Below, piece after piece: positions 14,601-28,779 of a DNA stretch of 64,000 bases (the stretch's first letter is position 1; the number at the start of each line of letters is the position of its first letter). The stretch comes from Octopus bimaculoides (lineage: Eukaryota). The DNA is taken from positions 140,640,883 through 140,704,882 of the forward strand of contig NC_068981.1 in assembly GCF_001194135.2 (NCBI RefSeq). Direction: 5' to 3'. The notes beneath the pieces were generated by a model, which was given only the letters and a program-made list of their open reading frames with translations, was not told where the DNA came from and made no database searches. The translations under genes and the position numbers were made by a program.

Positions 14601-14959
14601 TTAAATAGTAATTAACAAAGTAGTGTTTATTGACCTCACTATAATCAAATTAAATAAAATTATTAAAACGTAATTAGAATTTAAACTAAAATCTCTTACG
14701 AGATTAACTAGCAGTGGGATGATTTTAGATTGTTACAAAGCAGATATCTGTCATTAACAATATATAAAATTAATTAAATATTACAGTGTGATAGTTAAAT
14801 AGATAGTGTCTTATATATTATCGTATGACAATAAGGTGAACCAAAAAGTAGTTTATATTTCGAAGTTGCATAATTCCGTTCACAGTTTACACATATTTGT
14901 TTCGGAATATTATTGTATACCCAAATATAACCATCATATTACCTGGGAGAAGTGACATA

Positions 14960-15760
14960 GCAAAGTTGCAGAAGATTACAGAAGTTCACACCGGAAATTT
15001 TGATATTGCAAATAATAGTAAATCAAACGAAGATAATTAAAATTTTCAACGCTTGGGCAATACCAATATTGAAACAGTGTACAACATTACTTCAGGAAAC
15101 TAAAAACAAATGAACTGAAGAGGTTTATCGAACAATAATCTAAATATGCGTATCGTTGTTAGGAAACTGCACCTATCAAGAAAGTAGAGAAAGAATGGAA
15201 TACTTAATACAATATACACGGTACAGTTAACAATTATTGAATTCGAGATGTACGTTAACAAATTGAAGAAAAGCGTATTTACGCATCCAGGAAAATAAAT
15301 ACCAAATACAAGATAGCATTAAAACCGTTAGAATCAAAATAGGAAAATTAGATGTCGGAAAGCATCAAGAAAATATGTTACAGATATAATCTGACAGACA
15401 AACGAAAGGCAAATGGAATAAATGGTCATCTCAGCTGAAATATGCAGATGATGAGAGAAACGAAATTCTGATTAATGATTATTGACGACAAAGCAGGGAA
15501 GACAACAATTATTGTTAATATATAAAGAGAGAATATCCAGCACGATCCTGACAATAGGACAATTGTCAAAACAGGTGGTATTCACTACCTTATGGAATAT
15601 AAATGTTGCTATATTACATATGCAGAAGACAGAGTCACAACGACGTCAAAATCTGGAAAGAGATTATAAAATGTGGATATTGAAAAAAAGAAACTAATTA
15701 ACATGACAATAAAGAGGATTACCTTGTCAATAAGAACAACAAAGTCTACTGCGACGATGT
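14960..15760 (+). pseudogene. Highly decayed R4/Dong-clade LINE: thumb and restriction-like endonuclease region
   Basis: Motif remnants NAWAIPIL (15048-15071), KLHLSRK (15164-15184), IIDDKAGKTTIIV (15478-15516) and QNLERDYKMWILK (15647-15685), with many stops and frameshifts. Confidence 0.5.
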
Positions 15761-15999
15761 TGATTATATATTACAAATTGTACAATTATTTTCTAATAAA
15801 TATATAATCTTACTGCAGTATCTAAATATGCTGCCAGCGAAATATAGAACTATTGTGCGATGAACAAATTTATATCTTAAATATGTTCAATTTAATACAA
15901 AAACAAAGAAGAGTGTGCTTCCAAGGGACAGGAAATCGGGATGTGCATTCACTGAGAACCCTCGTTGCTGATTTGAAAAGGTGTTTTGGGTAGATAAAT

Positions 16000-17040
16000 A
16001 TGTGCAGTGGCTATGGAAATAGGTAACGTGATAAGAGAAGCAGGTGGCTTTGAAGCAATGATAAGTGGAAAAAAAAGGTGAAAAGAAATATAACAAGCCT
16101 CTGTGAACTTTTGATCAATCAAAATCGATACATATTTTACTTTAGAGGTGATTAAGGTGCGCCACATCTAAATAAACACGTAGACAACCTCTAGTGTTGA
16201 TGAACTGAGAGAGCATTGCTCAAAATTCAGATCCATTAATATAAGATAGTGAATACGCAACTAAAATGCTATCCTATCACTTAGAAACCATTTACCATTG
16301 TTCTTCACACAAGATACATATATACTGTGCTGCAAAAACTACAATAGAAGTAATACAGGCAGCAACTTTAAAGAAATATTGTAATTCCTGATAATGCTGG
16401 AGGTACCACCAGATATGTTTGTTTAGGAAATACTGTAGCTATATAGGCTGCTTGAATTTATTACTACAGGCTAGCGGTGAAAAGGGAAAAGTGCTAAACA
16501 CCAATTATACTAAGATTAATACTGCCTCACCCCCTTACCATTTCACGAAATGCATTTACTTCATGCAATATGATGGTTTGATCATATTCAAGGTTTGTTA
16601 CACGAATTGCTTATTCCTGGCGAATAGTACATTCTTAGGAGCGGAAACAAGTAGAAAAATGTTGTGAGAAGTTAGAAACTATCAACAAAATGCTGTTATC
16701 TTTATGGGGGAATAGCTTTCCCTGTTTGTTTTTCCTGATATATATGATACATTTAACGCTAATCTTAAACATATAAAGGCAAGCGTTTATATTTTTAAGG
16801 TCACGCAGCTTAACGTAAATCAACGTCTCATATGGATGATTTGAATCTTTTCGCAAATAAGGAAAACAAACAGAGCATGGATTTGGTGAATATAATGTGA
16901 TGGAATTTGCGATAAACTCGTGTGCAGTTTTAAGAGGAGGAAAACAGTGAGCTCATCAGATAAGGATATCATACAACAAGAAGGAAAGTAAAACTATTTG
17001 GGTAAAGCAGTAACATTTATGATAAAGGAAACAAACATAA
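16000..17040 (+). pseudogene. Highly decayed R4/Dong-clade LINE: reverse transcriptase region
   Basis: IFMGE*LS (16698-16721, QGDSLS-like), HMDDLNLFAN (16829-16858, YMDD-like), MEFAINSCAVL (16900-16932) and NYLG (16992-17003), in correct RT order. The 5' boundary is uncertain. Confidence 0.55.
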
Positions 17041-19281
17041 TACTTCGTAATACTTCATTTTGAAACGTAGTTCTTTAGAAGTTAAAATCAGTAGTTAAGA
17101 TTAAATGAAAATGCAATCCTGCAGCTATTTCCCGATCAGCCATATATATTGTTATGGTTTAACTACACTTTTCACATGTCGAGAACATGACTGGTTATCA
17201 GTTTTTGTACATGAGAATAACAATAATTATGTATTGTACTCTTTTCATTTTAAGATGGTAATGTGTAATTTGTATAAGATTTTGCTTCGATTTCTACGCG
17301 AGTAAGCAACTGTACAGAGTTTCCTTTCTTGATGGATGAGGACGTTGGTAACACATGTTCGTCTATATATATGCACTGCTAAGAGTACCGGTCAAAGCAA
17401 ATCAACGAGCATTACCCAGCATACACCTGGGATATTGAAATGTCAGGCAGGTTCCAAAAAATTGACTGATAGAAAAGGCAACAGTATTATGTTTGCGTAA
17501 ATTTTCAAGTTGACTGACCATCGGGTAGTTACATAGGTGAGTAGGTCCCATTTAAACAGCTAAATAAACAAACAGTTGTATTTGCCGGTGCACCAACAAA
17601 GCAAAGATTGCAAATTTATTGGGCAGTCAGTTGGCAGAACCGTTATTTCACCGACCAAAATACTTAACGTCTGTTCTTCATTGCATAATGAGAGAGGGGG
17701 TCAAAGTGTGACACACTGTCTCACGAAAATTCGTTTTGGCATTTAGTATTATAGATATATATATGTATATATACGTATATATATGTGTATATATATATAT
17801 ATNNNNNNNNNNNNNNNNNNNNNNNNNNNNNNNNNNNNNNNNNNNNNNNNNNNNNNNNNNNNATATATACATGTACAGACACACACACAGGCATGCACGC
17901 ACACACACACACAGATATACAATATACGTACGATGAGCTTCTTTCAGTTTCCGTCTACGAAATCTACTGACAAGGTTTGGTTTTGTATTTCCATACTTTA
18001 AAACCTTCATCTGTGAAAATTAGACGGTATGTATTTAAGGATTATAGCTGAATGGTATTTCCGAAAACAAAACTTAATGACTAGTATTGTTAGCTATCAT
18101 GAGTATAAATTTTGAAAAAAGACAACAATTCAAAATAAAGAAATAAAAAAAACACAGTACATACAAATTCAGTTAGAGAAGTGAACATTTTGCGGTTATT
18201 TGCTTTCTTTTTTATTTTCGTTTTACTATATTTGGTTTTATATTATTAACATCGACGTTATAACGAAACAGTTCTATGTTAGTACCGGTTAATGTTACAT
18301 CCTAAAACAATAATGAATCTCCTAAAATCGCATTCGTTATATTCAGCAAAATATAATATTAATATCAATTAACATTATTTACAATGAAGGAAGCCATAAC
18401 ATTAAATATAAAAGAGCTATCAAAACGAATGAAATCCCTATTACATAATTGATATTTAGTTTGTTGAAGTTGTAATGATGAAAGGTAATGTGAATCTCAC
18501 CAACATTACTGCTCAAAAAGTTAATGAACTTAATTTGATACCACAAATTATCAATGTTCCGTTCTTACTTTTTTTTTACATTGAAATCGCATTTCCCTCA
18601 GCTTTTGAACTTTATATTCAATCTAATCGAAACAGTTACAACATATCTGTAAAATCACTGGAACCGATTTCAAATATTAATGAAATGGTATTAAGTTCGT
18701 TTCAACTTCAATGATACTATATTGATCATGGTAACTTGCATGCTGCATTGTTATATATATATATATCTATGAATGAAAAATACAAAACTAACCAATCATT
18801 GCTTGGAGCAAAATTTTACAGATTAATATCAAGCGTTATCTTACACAATTAGAAAAACTTGGGGAGAATTTAATGCTTAGCTCAACTCAAATAAATTCCA
18901 AACGATAAGAAATGTAATGATAGAACAAAAAAGCAAACAAACAAAAGAATAGGAAGTTTTGAGTTTTTAAAAAATGTCATGCAAATGTCATAGAATGCCT
19001 AAATAAATGACATTTCATCTCACGTAAACATCATGTTCTTATGAAATCTAAGACAAGGAGATTAATTAATGTAAATATCAGATATGCCCTATTTGTAAAT
19101 GATTCATTGCGATAAATATGTTTAAATACGTAATTACATATCACTGTATTTACGTACGCATATATGTCTGTGTATATGCATCTGCGCATGAATGTGCGTA
19201 TGTATGTACGTATGCATATATGGACATATCTATGTCTATCTACACACACACATACATACATACGTACATACATACATATAT

Positions 19282-19339
<58 letters not shown>

Positions 19340-19664
19340 GCATATATATATATATTATATATTATATATATAACGTTTTAGAAAAATATCTTTTAAAAGA
19401 GGACAAAGACGGTATATGGAACTTCGATCGAGGTAATATACAAAGTAGAATATTCTACAACGACTGGCATTTATAGATTATTTCATCATGGAGAATCCCA
19501 TCGTTGTGAATTCCGTGATAGTGACATTTTCTAAATTTCCAAGGACTTTAACCGTGAAAATGAAGTAAAATCCTTTTAAATGGCAAATAACTAGCACAAT
19601 TAAAACTTAAGATCTCTCCCTGTTTGTCTTTCTCCTGCTTTATCATTCACTGCATACCCCCCCC

Positions 19665-19703
<39 letters not shown>

Positions 19704-20248
19704 TGTGCTTCTGCGTGTGCGTGTACGTGTGTGTTGTGCGTGTGCATGTGTGTGTGTGTGTGTGTGTGTGTTAATATAATACGTTGATCTAATCATTAAA
19801 TCCTCTTAACGTTTTGTAATTGTCTGTAGGTATCTTTGTCTGTCTGCCTGTCTCTCTGTATGAATGTATGTATGTATGTATATATACATGCATGCATGTA
19901 TGTATGTAAGCATACATGTATATAAGTATGCATTTATGTGCGTATATGTATGTGTGTATATATGCATGAGTGTATGTATGTATGAGATTCCACTTAGGTC
20001 TGTTATTTTCATGAACATTTAACAATAGTAACGATACTACCACTAGAATAAAATTTGTTTTAAAATTCTACTTGCGTACCATTTCAAGTTTCGTTACACA
20101 TACGCCATAGAAAACGAGAAACCGGGCCAATGAGCCTGGTTAGATTTTGAAAGGGCGACGTTTATCTTTTACTCTTCTATTTCAGTAATACATACTTACA
20201 CAAATGCATATACACACGCACGTACATAAACACACACACACGCACACA

Positions 20249-20314
<66 letters not shown>

Positions 20315-21809
20315 GGTTCATATTGAACCGCTGTCGCAATTACAACCGGGAGTTTTTAAACTCTCTCAAAGCGATGTTGGATTCAATAATTCAAGAATTT
20401 ATCTTCTACATATCTAATAAAATTTTATTCGTATTTGTTGTCCATATTCATGCTTTGGGAAACCCTATTATTTTTCGTATATCATTTTTGATTTAATTAT
20501 TGAAATGATTATATCAGCTGGTATTTCATGTGACTTTACTTACGTCAGTAGTAGACAATATAAGGCAACGGTTATGCGTATGAAGCATATTGAAACGGAA
20601 ACATTTGGCAAAAACTCTCCGCCAGTCTTCAGAAAATGAATCACAAAATTGAGGCTTCTTTCATAATAGGCAAGTAAAGTATAGAGAAAGCTTTATGTTT
20701 GAGATTATCAACCATTCTCATGAGCTGTCGGCCGCAATTTCAGCTAGTCAGTTGTTTGACTTTCATTTACTGTGAAGATAATTTAAATAACTGAAGAATT
20801 AATTTATTTTAAATAATATACGAGGCTAAAAATTACCTGCAGTTAAGGCTATGGCGAAAGGCCTGGTTGGTGGCCCAAACTTCCGTGTTTTTTTTACAGG
20901 CCTTAGAAAAAATAAAGGACCGCTGCAATAAGTGTCTGAATCTGAGAGGGGTCTGTGTTCAATAAAATCATAATTAAGTGAGCCGCCTGCATTTTCTTTC
21001 ATCTAAAGCCAGGAACATTTTAGCACCCACTCATATTTGTTTGTGTTTGTTGTCTAATTTCATGTGTGTGTGTATGTGTGTGTCTGTGTATGTGTGTGTG
21101 TGTGCGTGTGTGTGTGTGTGTGCGTGTGTGCTTGCGCGTGTGTGCGTGTGTTTACACCGTCTGATAGTTTTAATTTATTTAGGCATACTTAAATAAAAAA
21201 TGTACTTTATATCAGCAAAGCATACACTTGAATGTGTACTAAACGTATCATGTGTTATACAAATATTAAAGAGAAAGAGATGAAGCAAATATAGTGTGGC
21301 TGTCAGTATTGGTTTTCAAGTAGTATATGCGTAAGCTAAATGTAACTCACTCAGAAATTGCCTGCATCATATTGTGACAATCCTATGTTGTTACTCAGGC
21401 AAAAGAACGATTGGACCATCTGTTGTATATAGCAATGATAATAAAAGTATTTGACGTCAATCTTCACAGATGAGTAGCAAAGAAGATTTTACCTCCTTTG
21501 GAGATAGGAAATGGGCGCCAACACTAATGTCAGGCATTTATTCGCTCTGTTAAATAAGCTTTTTCCCCTCGATATTTAGAGGTCAAATTTGGCAGAGTAT
21601 GAAACAGATTTTTGCGTTTATATATTGAAATAATCATCATATTTGAGCCGTATTATACACACAAATTGAAACATAATTTCTCAAAATTGTTAGAACTATT
21701 GTTTAGTAAGTAAGAAATAATAATAAAGGAATAAGAAAGAGCACTATCTAAACACAATTCCGAAGAATACCCTTGAAATTTCTAATTACATATCCATAAT
21801 TGAATTTAA

Positions 21810-22035
21810 AGGTTGTTGCCATATTTTACGTGGCTGTTCTATGCAGAACAAATGTTACAATATTTTAACCACAGGAAAACATTTTCTCCCGCTGGCTAAC
21901 GACACAAACCGTGTCTGTTTTATCGTGAACAAAGGTTGTGTGTCATTAGGCATCGGGAAAAGATGTTTTCCTGAGATTAAAGTATAGTAACATTTGTTCT
22001 GCATAAAACAGCCACGTAAAATGTGGCAACGGCCT
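21810..22035. mobile_element. Palindromic MITE (~226 bp), Kolobok-like termini
   Basis: Arms of about 100 bp are reverse-complementary, with 8 mismatches in a 76-nt core compared by eye. Termini are TTAA|AGG...CCT|TTAC. Confidence 0.8.
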
Positions 22036-22230
22036 TTACTATTTAGTAATAGTTACTATGTGAATCTCTCTCAGAGATTTAAACCAGCTAATTCATCTTG
22101 TTAAATTACTATAGATTTGTTATTTATAGCGAACTGATATTTCAGTTATCTTATATGAAGATATCCATCAGTGCATCTGAAATGGCTGTGCATCTGAAAT
22201 GGCTTATCTTATTTATGATTCTTTTTTTAT

Positions 22231-22620
22231 CGTGGCTGTGTGTCAAAAAGCTTGCTTCCCAACCACATGGTTTCCGGTTCAATCCTACTGCATGGCATCT
22301 TGTTCAGGAGTCTTTTCCTATAACCTCGAGCTCACCAAAGCCTTATGAGTGGGTTTGGCAAACGGAAACTAAAAGAAGCCCCTCACATATATATACATAT
22401 ATATATGTATGTATATAAATTTACGTATGTGCGTCTTTGTGTACGCGTTTGCCCCTATCACTTGACAACCGATGTTGGTGTGTTTATGTTGCTGTTCGGC
22501 AAAAGAGACCGGTAGAATAAGTACTAGGCTTAAAAATAATAATTCCTAGGGTCGATTTCTTCTACTAAAATCTTTTCAGGCGGTTCTCCAGTATACCTGC
22601 AGTCAAATGAGTGAAACGTG
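22231..22620 (+). mobile_element. SINE family A, diverged near-full copy
   Basis: Colinear with 14216-14600. Confidence 0.85.
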
Positions 22621-22664
22621 TACATGAACATCTTATATCTAGGGCATATTGGCAAAAATCTTAC

Positions 22665-22824
22665 GCGCATTCGTGGCTGTGTGGTAAGAAGCTTGCTCCT
22701 CAACCACATTGTTCTGGGTTCAGTCCCACTGCGTGGTACTTTCTGCAGGTGTCTACTACAATAGTCTCGGGCCGACCAAAGCCTTGCGAGAGGATTTGGT
22801 GGACGGAAAATAAAAGAAGCCTGT

Positions 22825-22858
<34 letters not shown>

Positions 22859-22868
22859 NNNNNNNNNN

Positions 22869-22900
<32 letters not shown>

Positions 22901-24150
22901 GTGTGTGTGTGTGTGTTTGTAAATATGAGGTTTATAAATTAAAATAATTTATTACCTGTGGTAAGCAAGCATTGATAAAATTCATAAGACATAACGTATT
23001 TTAAAAAATATAAGTGTATATAAAATATTTTGATACACAGAGAGGTGACCCTTGACAGGTCTCTATACGTGCTAAAAAGGGCGTTTAAAAACCAAACCAC
23101 GAAAAATAGAATTAATTGGGCACGTTGTTATAACACTAGAAGGAACAAAGAAAATGAATTAGATAATAGCCAAATAAACTAATTTGGAATCTGTAGATCA
23201 TCAGCGAGATTGCTAATTAATGAATAATTATGAAGTTGCAAATATGTACCGAAAACACGTGCACAAGACTGCTACATCTTCATCCATTATGGATTCGAAT
23301 AATTTATTACCCGTAGTTAGCATGTATAAATAAGTCTCACGAATTCATTTTTATTATCGTGCATTGGGTTTTAACTGTCCTTTTTGCATGTAAGAAGACC
23401 TGTCAAAAGACTCCTCTGTGTATAAAAATATTTTATACACACATATATTTTTTTTTAATATGTTATGCGTAATGACTTACTTTTATTTATGCATACTGGA
23501 AATAATTTTTTTAAACGTATTACCTTCTTATTTACGATAATAATATTTGTTATTCTGCAGGTATATAGGTCCCACAGTTTTAAATCTATTTCTTGCTGGA
23601 CTATGTTTACGCTAGCGCACAAAGTTCGAATCCATAATGGATAATGATGTAGCTGTCTTGCGCACGTATTTTCGGTACGTACTTTCAACTACAAAATTAA
23701 TCATTAATTAGCGATCCTGCTGATCATCTACAAATTCCAAATTAATTCATTTGGCAGTTAATAGTGAAACTCGAGTTCGGGATTATCTAATTCAGTTTTT
23801 TGGTTCGTTCTAGTCTTATAAGAGCGTTCCTCGTGAGTTCTTTTTTTCGTGGTTTGGGTTTAACTGCCCTTTATAACATATAGTGAAACCTGTTAAGGGT
23901 CTTCTCTTTGGGTATAAAAATATATCATGCACTCTTATATTTTTAAAAATATGTATATGTTTGTGTGTCTGTCTTTGTCCCTACCTCGCTTGACAACCGA
24001 TGTTAGTGTGTTTACTTCCCCATAAGCAGGGGTTCGGCAAAAGTGACCGATAGAATAAGTAGAATGGTTTACAAAGCTCTGGGGTTTATTTCTTTAACTA
24101 AAGGCGGTGCTCCAGCATGGCCACAGTCAAATAACTGAAACAAGTAAAAT
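22665..24150 (+). mobile_element. SINE family A split by a ~1-kb insertion in its central microsatellite
   Basis: 5' half at 22665-22830, (TA)n(TG)n to ~22920, and 3' half at ~23946-24150. Confidence 0.75.
22921..23945. mobile_element. Foldback/MITE-like unit: left arm 22921-23300 with two inverted copies (~23330-23535 and ~23625-23945)
   Basis: ccattatggattcgaa is the exact reverse complement of ttcgaatccataatgg. gtaccgaaaacacgtg pairs with cacgtattttcggtac. cttgacaggtct pairs with agacctgtcaa (23396) and aaacctgttaag (23887). Confidence 0.8.
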
Positions 24151-25251
24151 AATATATAGTGCTCTTCTGAATTAAATCACATTATACCACAAGAGCTATG
24201 AGTAGAAAATGGATTTCGAAGCAGACAACATCTCCAGCAGGCACACATGTATATAAACACATACACGAACAAAACGCGCACCCAGCCTTGTGCAAACACA
24301 TATAGTTGAATTTCAGAAGATTAAGATATTATGGAAAAATTGAATGCGTGATGTTATCAACTGTGACAGGATGTCAGAATTTCAATCGATTTAAACCCAC
24401 GAAACGTAATGTGATATGTGCCAAACATTTGTCACTACAATTGACTACTTTCCGTTTCCGCGCAGAAACCAGAGAATACAGTACAGTCTCTCAAATTATC
24501 TGAAGCATCAAAAGCAAATATATGTATACATACATTGGTACATGTCGTATATCCCCGTCAATATTCGTTAAATGTTGAGGTGCGTTGTCAACGCACTTAC
24601 TGTAACGACTTCTTTTCGTTCAGGCTGATAAGTCGTTGAATATACAGTAAACTAGGTACACCAACCTACCTAATGTAAACTATACCATAATCTGTCCTCT
24701 GTAGGGAAATCTACTAATGCTGACAAGAGTAAAATCTCTGATCTGTTAACAATTGAACATTCTGATTGATAAAATATCACTAAATTTGCTGTTAGACTTA
24801 GACTACAGTTTCGAGTACCACAAAAAAGTATGACTTGGTATGTTTTTAAATCACAACTTTTGGGGTATAATGCGAGCAACGATTCAGATGCGGAAAACGA
24901 TGCATCGCGTCCATTGATTTGAGTACCCCTGGCCTAACATATGTTGATAATATTGTTTCTTCAGTATGTTAGAGGGGTCTTCCCTGTAATACACTCATAC
25001 ACACACACACACATACACACACACACACACACACACATACTCATATATATATATATATATATGCGTGCGTGTGTATGTGTGTGTGATAATTTAAGTTTTT
25101 TAAGGTTCAGTTATCATAAAAAACAATTTTTGATTTATTATTTGTATATAAGAATGTTGTTGTCAGTGCCTGCAAAGTTTCAGCCGGCTAAAACATCGTT
25201 CGAAGTCACTTTCAACAACATTCTTATATATAAATAATACATAGATATATA

Positions 25252-25286
<35 letters not shown>

Positions 25287-25387
25287 ATATCTATCTATCT
25301 ATCTATCTATCTACCTATCTGTCAGTCTGTCTGTCTGTCTGTCTCTTTCTCTCTCTATCTACCTCTATGTATATATATATATGTGTG

Positions 25388-25439
<52 letters not shown>

Positions 25440-27568
25440 CATACTTATAATAAAGCAGGGAAAAGGTATATATATATTTATAATAGAACAGGAAAAATAT
25501 AAACAATTTACATAGTTTTAATATATTTTAAATGAAAAAGTATTGTGGCTCTTGTATGAAAGTTGGTGAATGAATCAACAAGTACAAAAATCTACGGGGT
25601 CATAGTTTTTTACCTATTGAATCTATTGATTTGAACTATCTGAAATCGGTAGGGTATGTTGTGGCAGAATAGGTTGAAATTAGTGCCTAACGAGGAAGAA
25701 AATTTGCGTAATATATTAATTGATTGCAAAGAGGCGGTGTTTCATTTTGCGACCGTAATATACTAGCGCATATTTTAAAGATTCATAATTGAAATTATAT
25801 CCTACTTTTGTGTTAGCAGTGCGACATTCTCAGTTTTCTGTTTATTACTATAGATTATCTTTACAAAAATGAGCCAGAAAGACAAGTTACGATGGGCGTC
25901 TGTATGCGTATTTCTGCGTGCGTGTGTGCGTGCGCATCCTGCTTGTTTGTGTACGTATAAGCCGCAACATCCCAGAGAGAAACTGCATTTTTGTCATTCG
26001 CCTTGTTCTGTTAAATCATTTTAAACGATTTGTGTAGATGATCTTTCTTTATATATACATGTGTGTCCATGTATGTATGTATGTATGTATGTATGTATGT
26101 ATGTATGTATGTATGTATGTATGTTTGTTTGTTTGTATGTATGTATGCTTGTATGTATGTATATATACATATATATATATGTATAGATATGTATGTGTAT
26201 ATATGCCGAATTAATTTTCTGAAATGCCGAACAAATCTTCTGAAAATGCTAAATCATATACGTAAAATATATAGGGTAGCGTGTCTTTTTTTAGAAATTT
26301 CACTAACAGTGGCCTAGCATGTATAAAAAAATCAATAGACACCATATTTCCAATGTAAAATAGTGTACTTTTAAACACAAGAGAAGCTGCCTTTAACAAG
26401 CACCTTTACATGCTAGAAGAAGCAGTCAAAACGACCAAAGCCACACTTAAAAGCAATTTCGAAGGGAATGAAAAATAAAAACTTTTACCTTGTTATTTTT
26501 TACGGCCATACCTAAATTTTGAATTTTATTTAGCAAATAAAATAATTTGCCAGGCGAAATTTTCATCATATTCATAGATTTGAAGTAGCGTTGGATGAGA
26601 TTTGAAGCATTAGAAAGTACACGAACTCATAAACTACATTACCCTAACATGTGTTTATTCAACGTCTTACGTGAATCCATGTAAATAATCCCTGCTTGGC
26701 CATTTTTGCACAAAAGCAGACACAAAGGCATAGATGCGCAATCACATCTACTTGCATACATGCGTATATACATGCATATATATACATGCATATATATATA
26801 CATGCATATATATACATGCGTATATACATGCATACATATGTACATACACACACGCGCGCACAGACATATACACATATATGCAAATGGGTAAAGACGTACA
26901 CAACATTGTTATGTACAAATGAAAAATTTATTCAGAATTGAGTATACATGTGTCACTACTCAGAGATTTTGTTATCTGTCTCCGCACACGAGCAAGACAT
27001 ACATATGTCTGTATGTGTGAAAATGTGTTTGTGTATATGCGTATGTGAATGTGTGTCTCTCTATATGCGTATGTGAATGAGTTTCTCTATATATGTACCC
27101 ATGAACAGCTGTCTTTCTTTGTTTAAGGGAATATTCAGGAAATGGAAGTATTATTTTGTCTTGTTGAGTATTCTTGTATTACTTCAATTTTATTTTCTAC
27201 CCTATTGAAATTTCAGGATAATAAAAATATCGGTATCTTCCTTTGTGTATTTTCAATTTTCTTCTCCTCATCATACAGTATATTACACTTCTACATTAAT
27301 TCTCCAAATATCCGACTGTGTTTACTGTTTGTTTCAACTCTGTATAAATCTTTATTTAGCAATAAGGTAGCGTCTTAACCTGAATAAAAAAGCTATCAAA
27401 CTATTTTATTGTACTTTCCTTTTTATTTTCCTTTACAAAACTAGGGTCTAACAATTCTTTTCTTGATCACTTGCTATTTCTTTATTGGCATCAACTAGTT
27501 TTATGCTGACTTAATCTTTTGAAACGCTGCATTTCAAAATTTCATTCGATGCTGATCTATGCCTCGGC

Positions 27569-27584
27569 CACGTGACATTTGCAT
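27569..27584 (+). promoter_or_regulatory. Abutting E-box (CACGTGAC) and octamer (ATTTGCAT) motifs
   Basis: Sequence ggcCACGTGACATTTGCATgc with TAAT motifs just downstream. Motif match only. Confidence 0.2.
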
Positions 27585-28226
27585 GCAATCATACTAATTT
27601 AATTGCTGTGCTCTTGACATAACCAAATTGATAGTGTTCGCTGTTCACCCTGAATGTAATTAGAGTTTGATTTATGATACGGCTTTAAATATTTTTTTCT
27701 CCTTAGAAATAATAGAAATCTCTGCAGTTTTAGAAAGCAGTAGATTTTGATGAATTATCTCCTTTGAAGTGAATAAGTTCGTTTCTTCTCTCGAAATAAA
27801 CTTGCCCTGTAGCACTTTACTGCGAACTGAATTAAGATTTAAGGACTGGATTAGTGTGTGGTATTAAAATACCTGTCTACTTCCACACAGTGCAGGAAAG
27901 AATAAACAGATATATTTTTTATCCTATGAAATTCTACCTTGTTAAAAGTAAACGATGTATTGCATAATAAATACCACTAAAAACCATGAATAAACAAAAT
28001 ATGGGCGTTTCAGAGCTAGAATTGTTTTGATAAATTTTTAACGAAGGCTGAGTTAAGCTGGGTTTGAGCAACAGCAAGAGCATCCTTCTGATAGTGTGTC
28101 ACATGAAACCAAGCTAGCCAGCTGTCTATACACATAACACATTGAACGTTTATCTCTAGAGTATAATTCAATACACACCAAAGCAAGTGCTAACGGTTTT
28201 CTTTTCCTTTGTTTATACACTTTCAG

Positions 28227-28274
28227 TAGTTGCAAGGATAGTGAATGTAAATCATATAAAGCTGAAACGTTTAG
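28227..28274 (+). CDS. Candidate 48-nt exon, unknown protein
   Basis: Long polypyrimidine acceptor ttttcttttcctttgtttatacactttcag and donor AG|GTATAA. Two frames are open (VARIVNVNHIKLKRL or SCKDSECKSYKAETF). Confidence 0.15.
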
Positions 28275-28415
28275 GTATAAGTTTCTCTATTACTCTCTCG
28301 TCTCCCATTTTCCTACATGCAAACATACAGGCAAAAACATACACGTGCACACACAAGTATCTAACTATCAAAGCACACACGCAAACACACATACACACAC
28401 GCATGCGTGAACACG

Positions 28416-28447
<32 letters not shown>

Positions 28448-28779
28448 AACACAACGTTCGGGCTGAAATTTTGAAGTCCTTTTTATGTCATTTTTCATGA
28501 GCAGATTGACTTATCGGTGAACAGTCAACAGCGTTGGAGAGCATAAAAGGTAAAGTTGTTGTTCATAAAAACTTAGTTGTAGAATACTGCAAAAGAGGTA
28601 CCTGGATGATGATGATTCACGCTCAGTATCAAAATACTGGCAACACGACTACTACTCAGTGCTTTGTAAAAAATCTAAAGGCAGCAAGTCGTGCTATGGG
28701 CAGCTAAAACGGTGACTACATAGCTACGGCCAACAGGAAGAGACACAACAGGCGTTCTAGTTGTGTTTCCACGCTCAAA

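Noticed and set aside
24580-24596. Short palindromes such as GTGCGTTG-T-CAACGCAC and GTAGAATATTCTAC (near 19445)
   Set aside because: They are too short to exceed chance expectation in 64 kb and have no supporting context.
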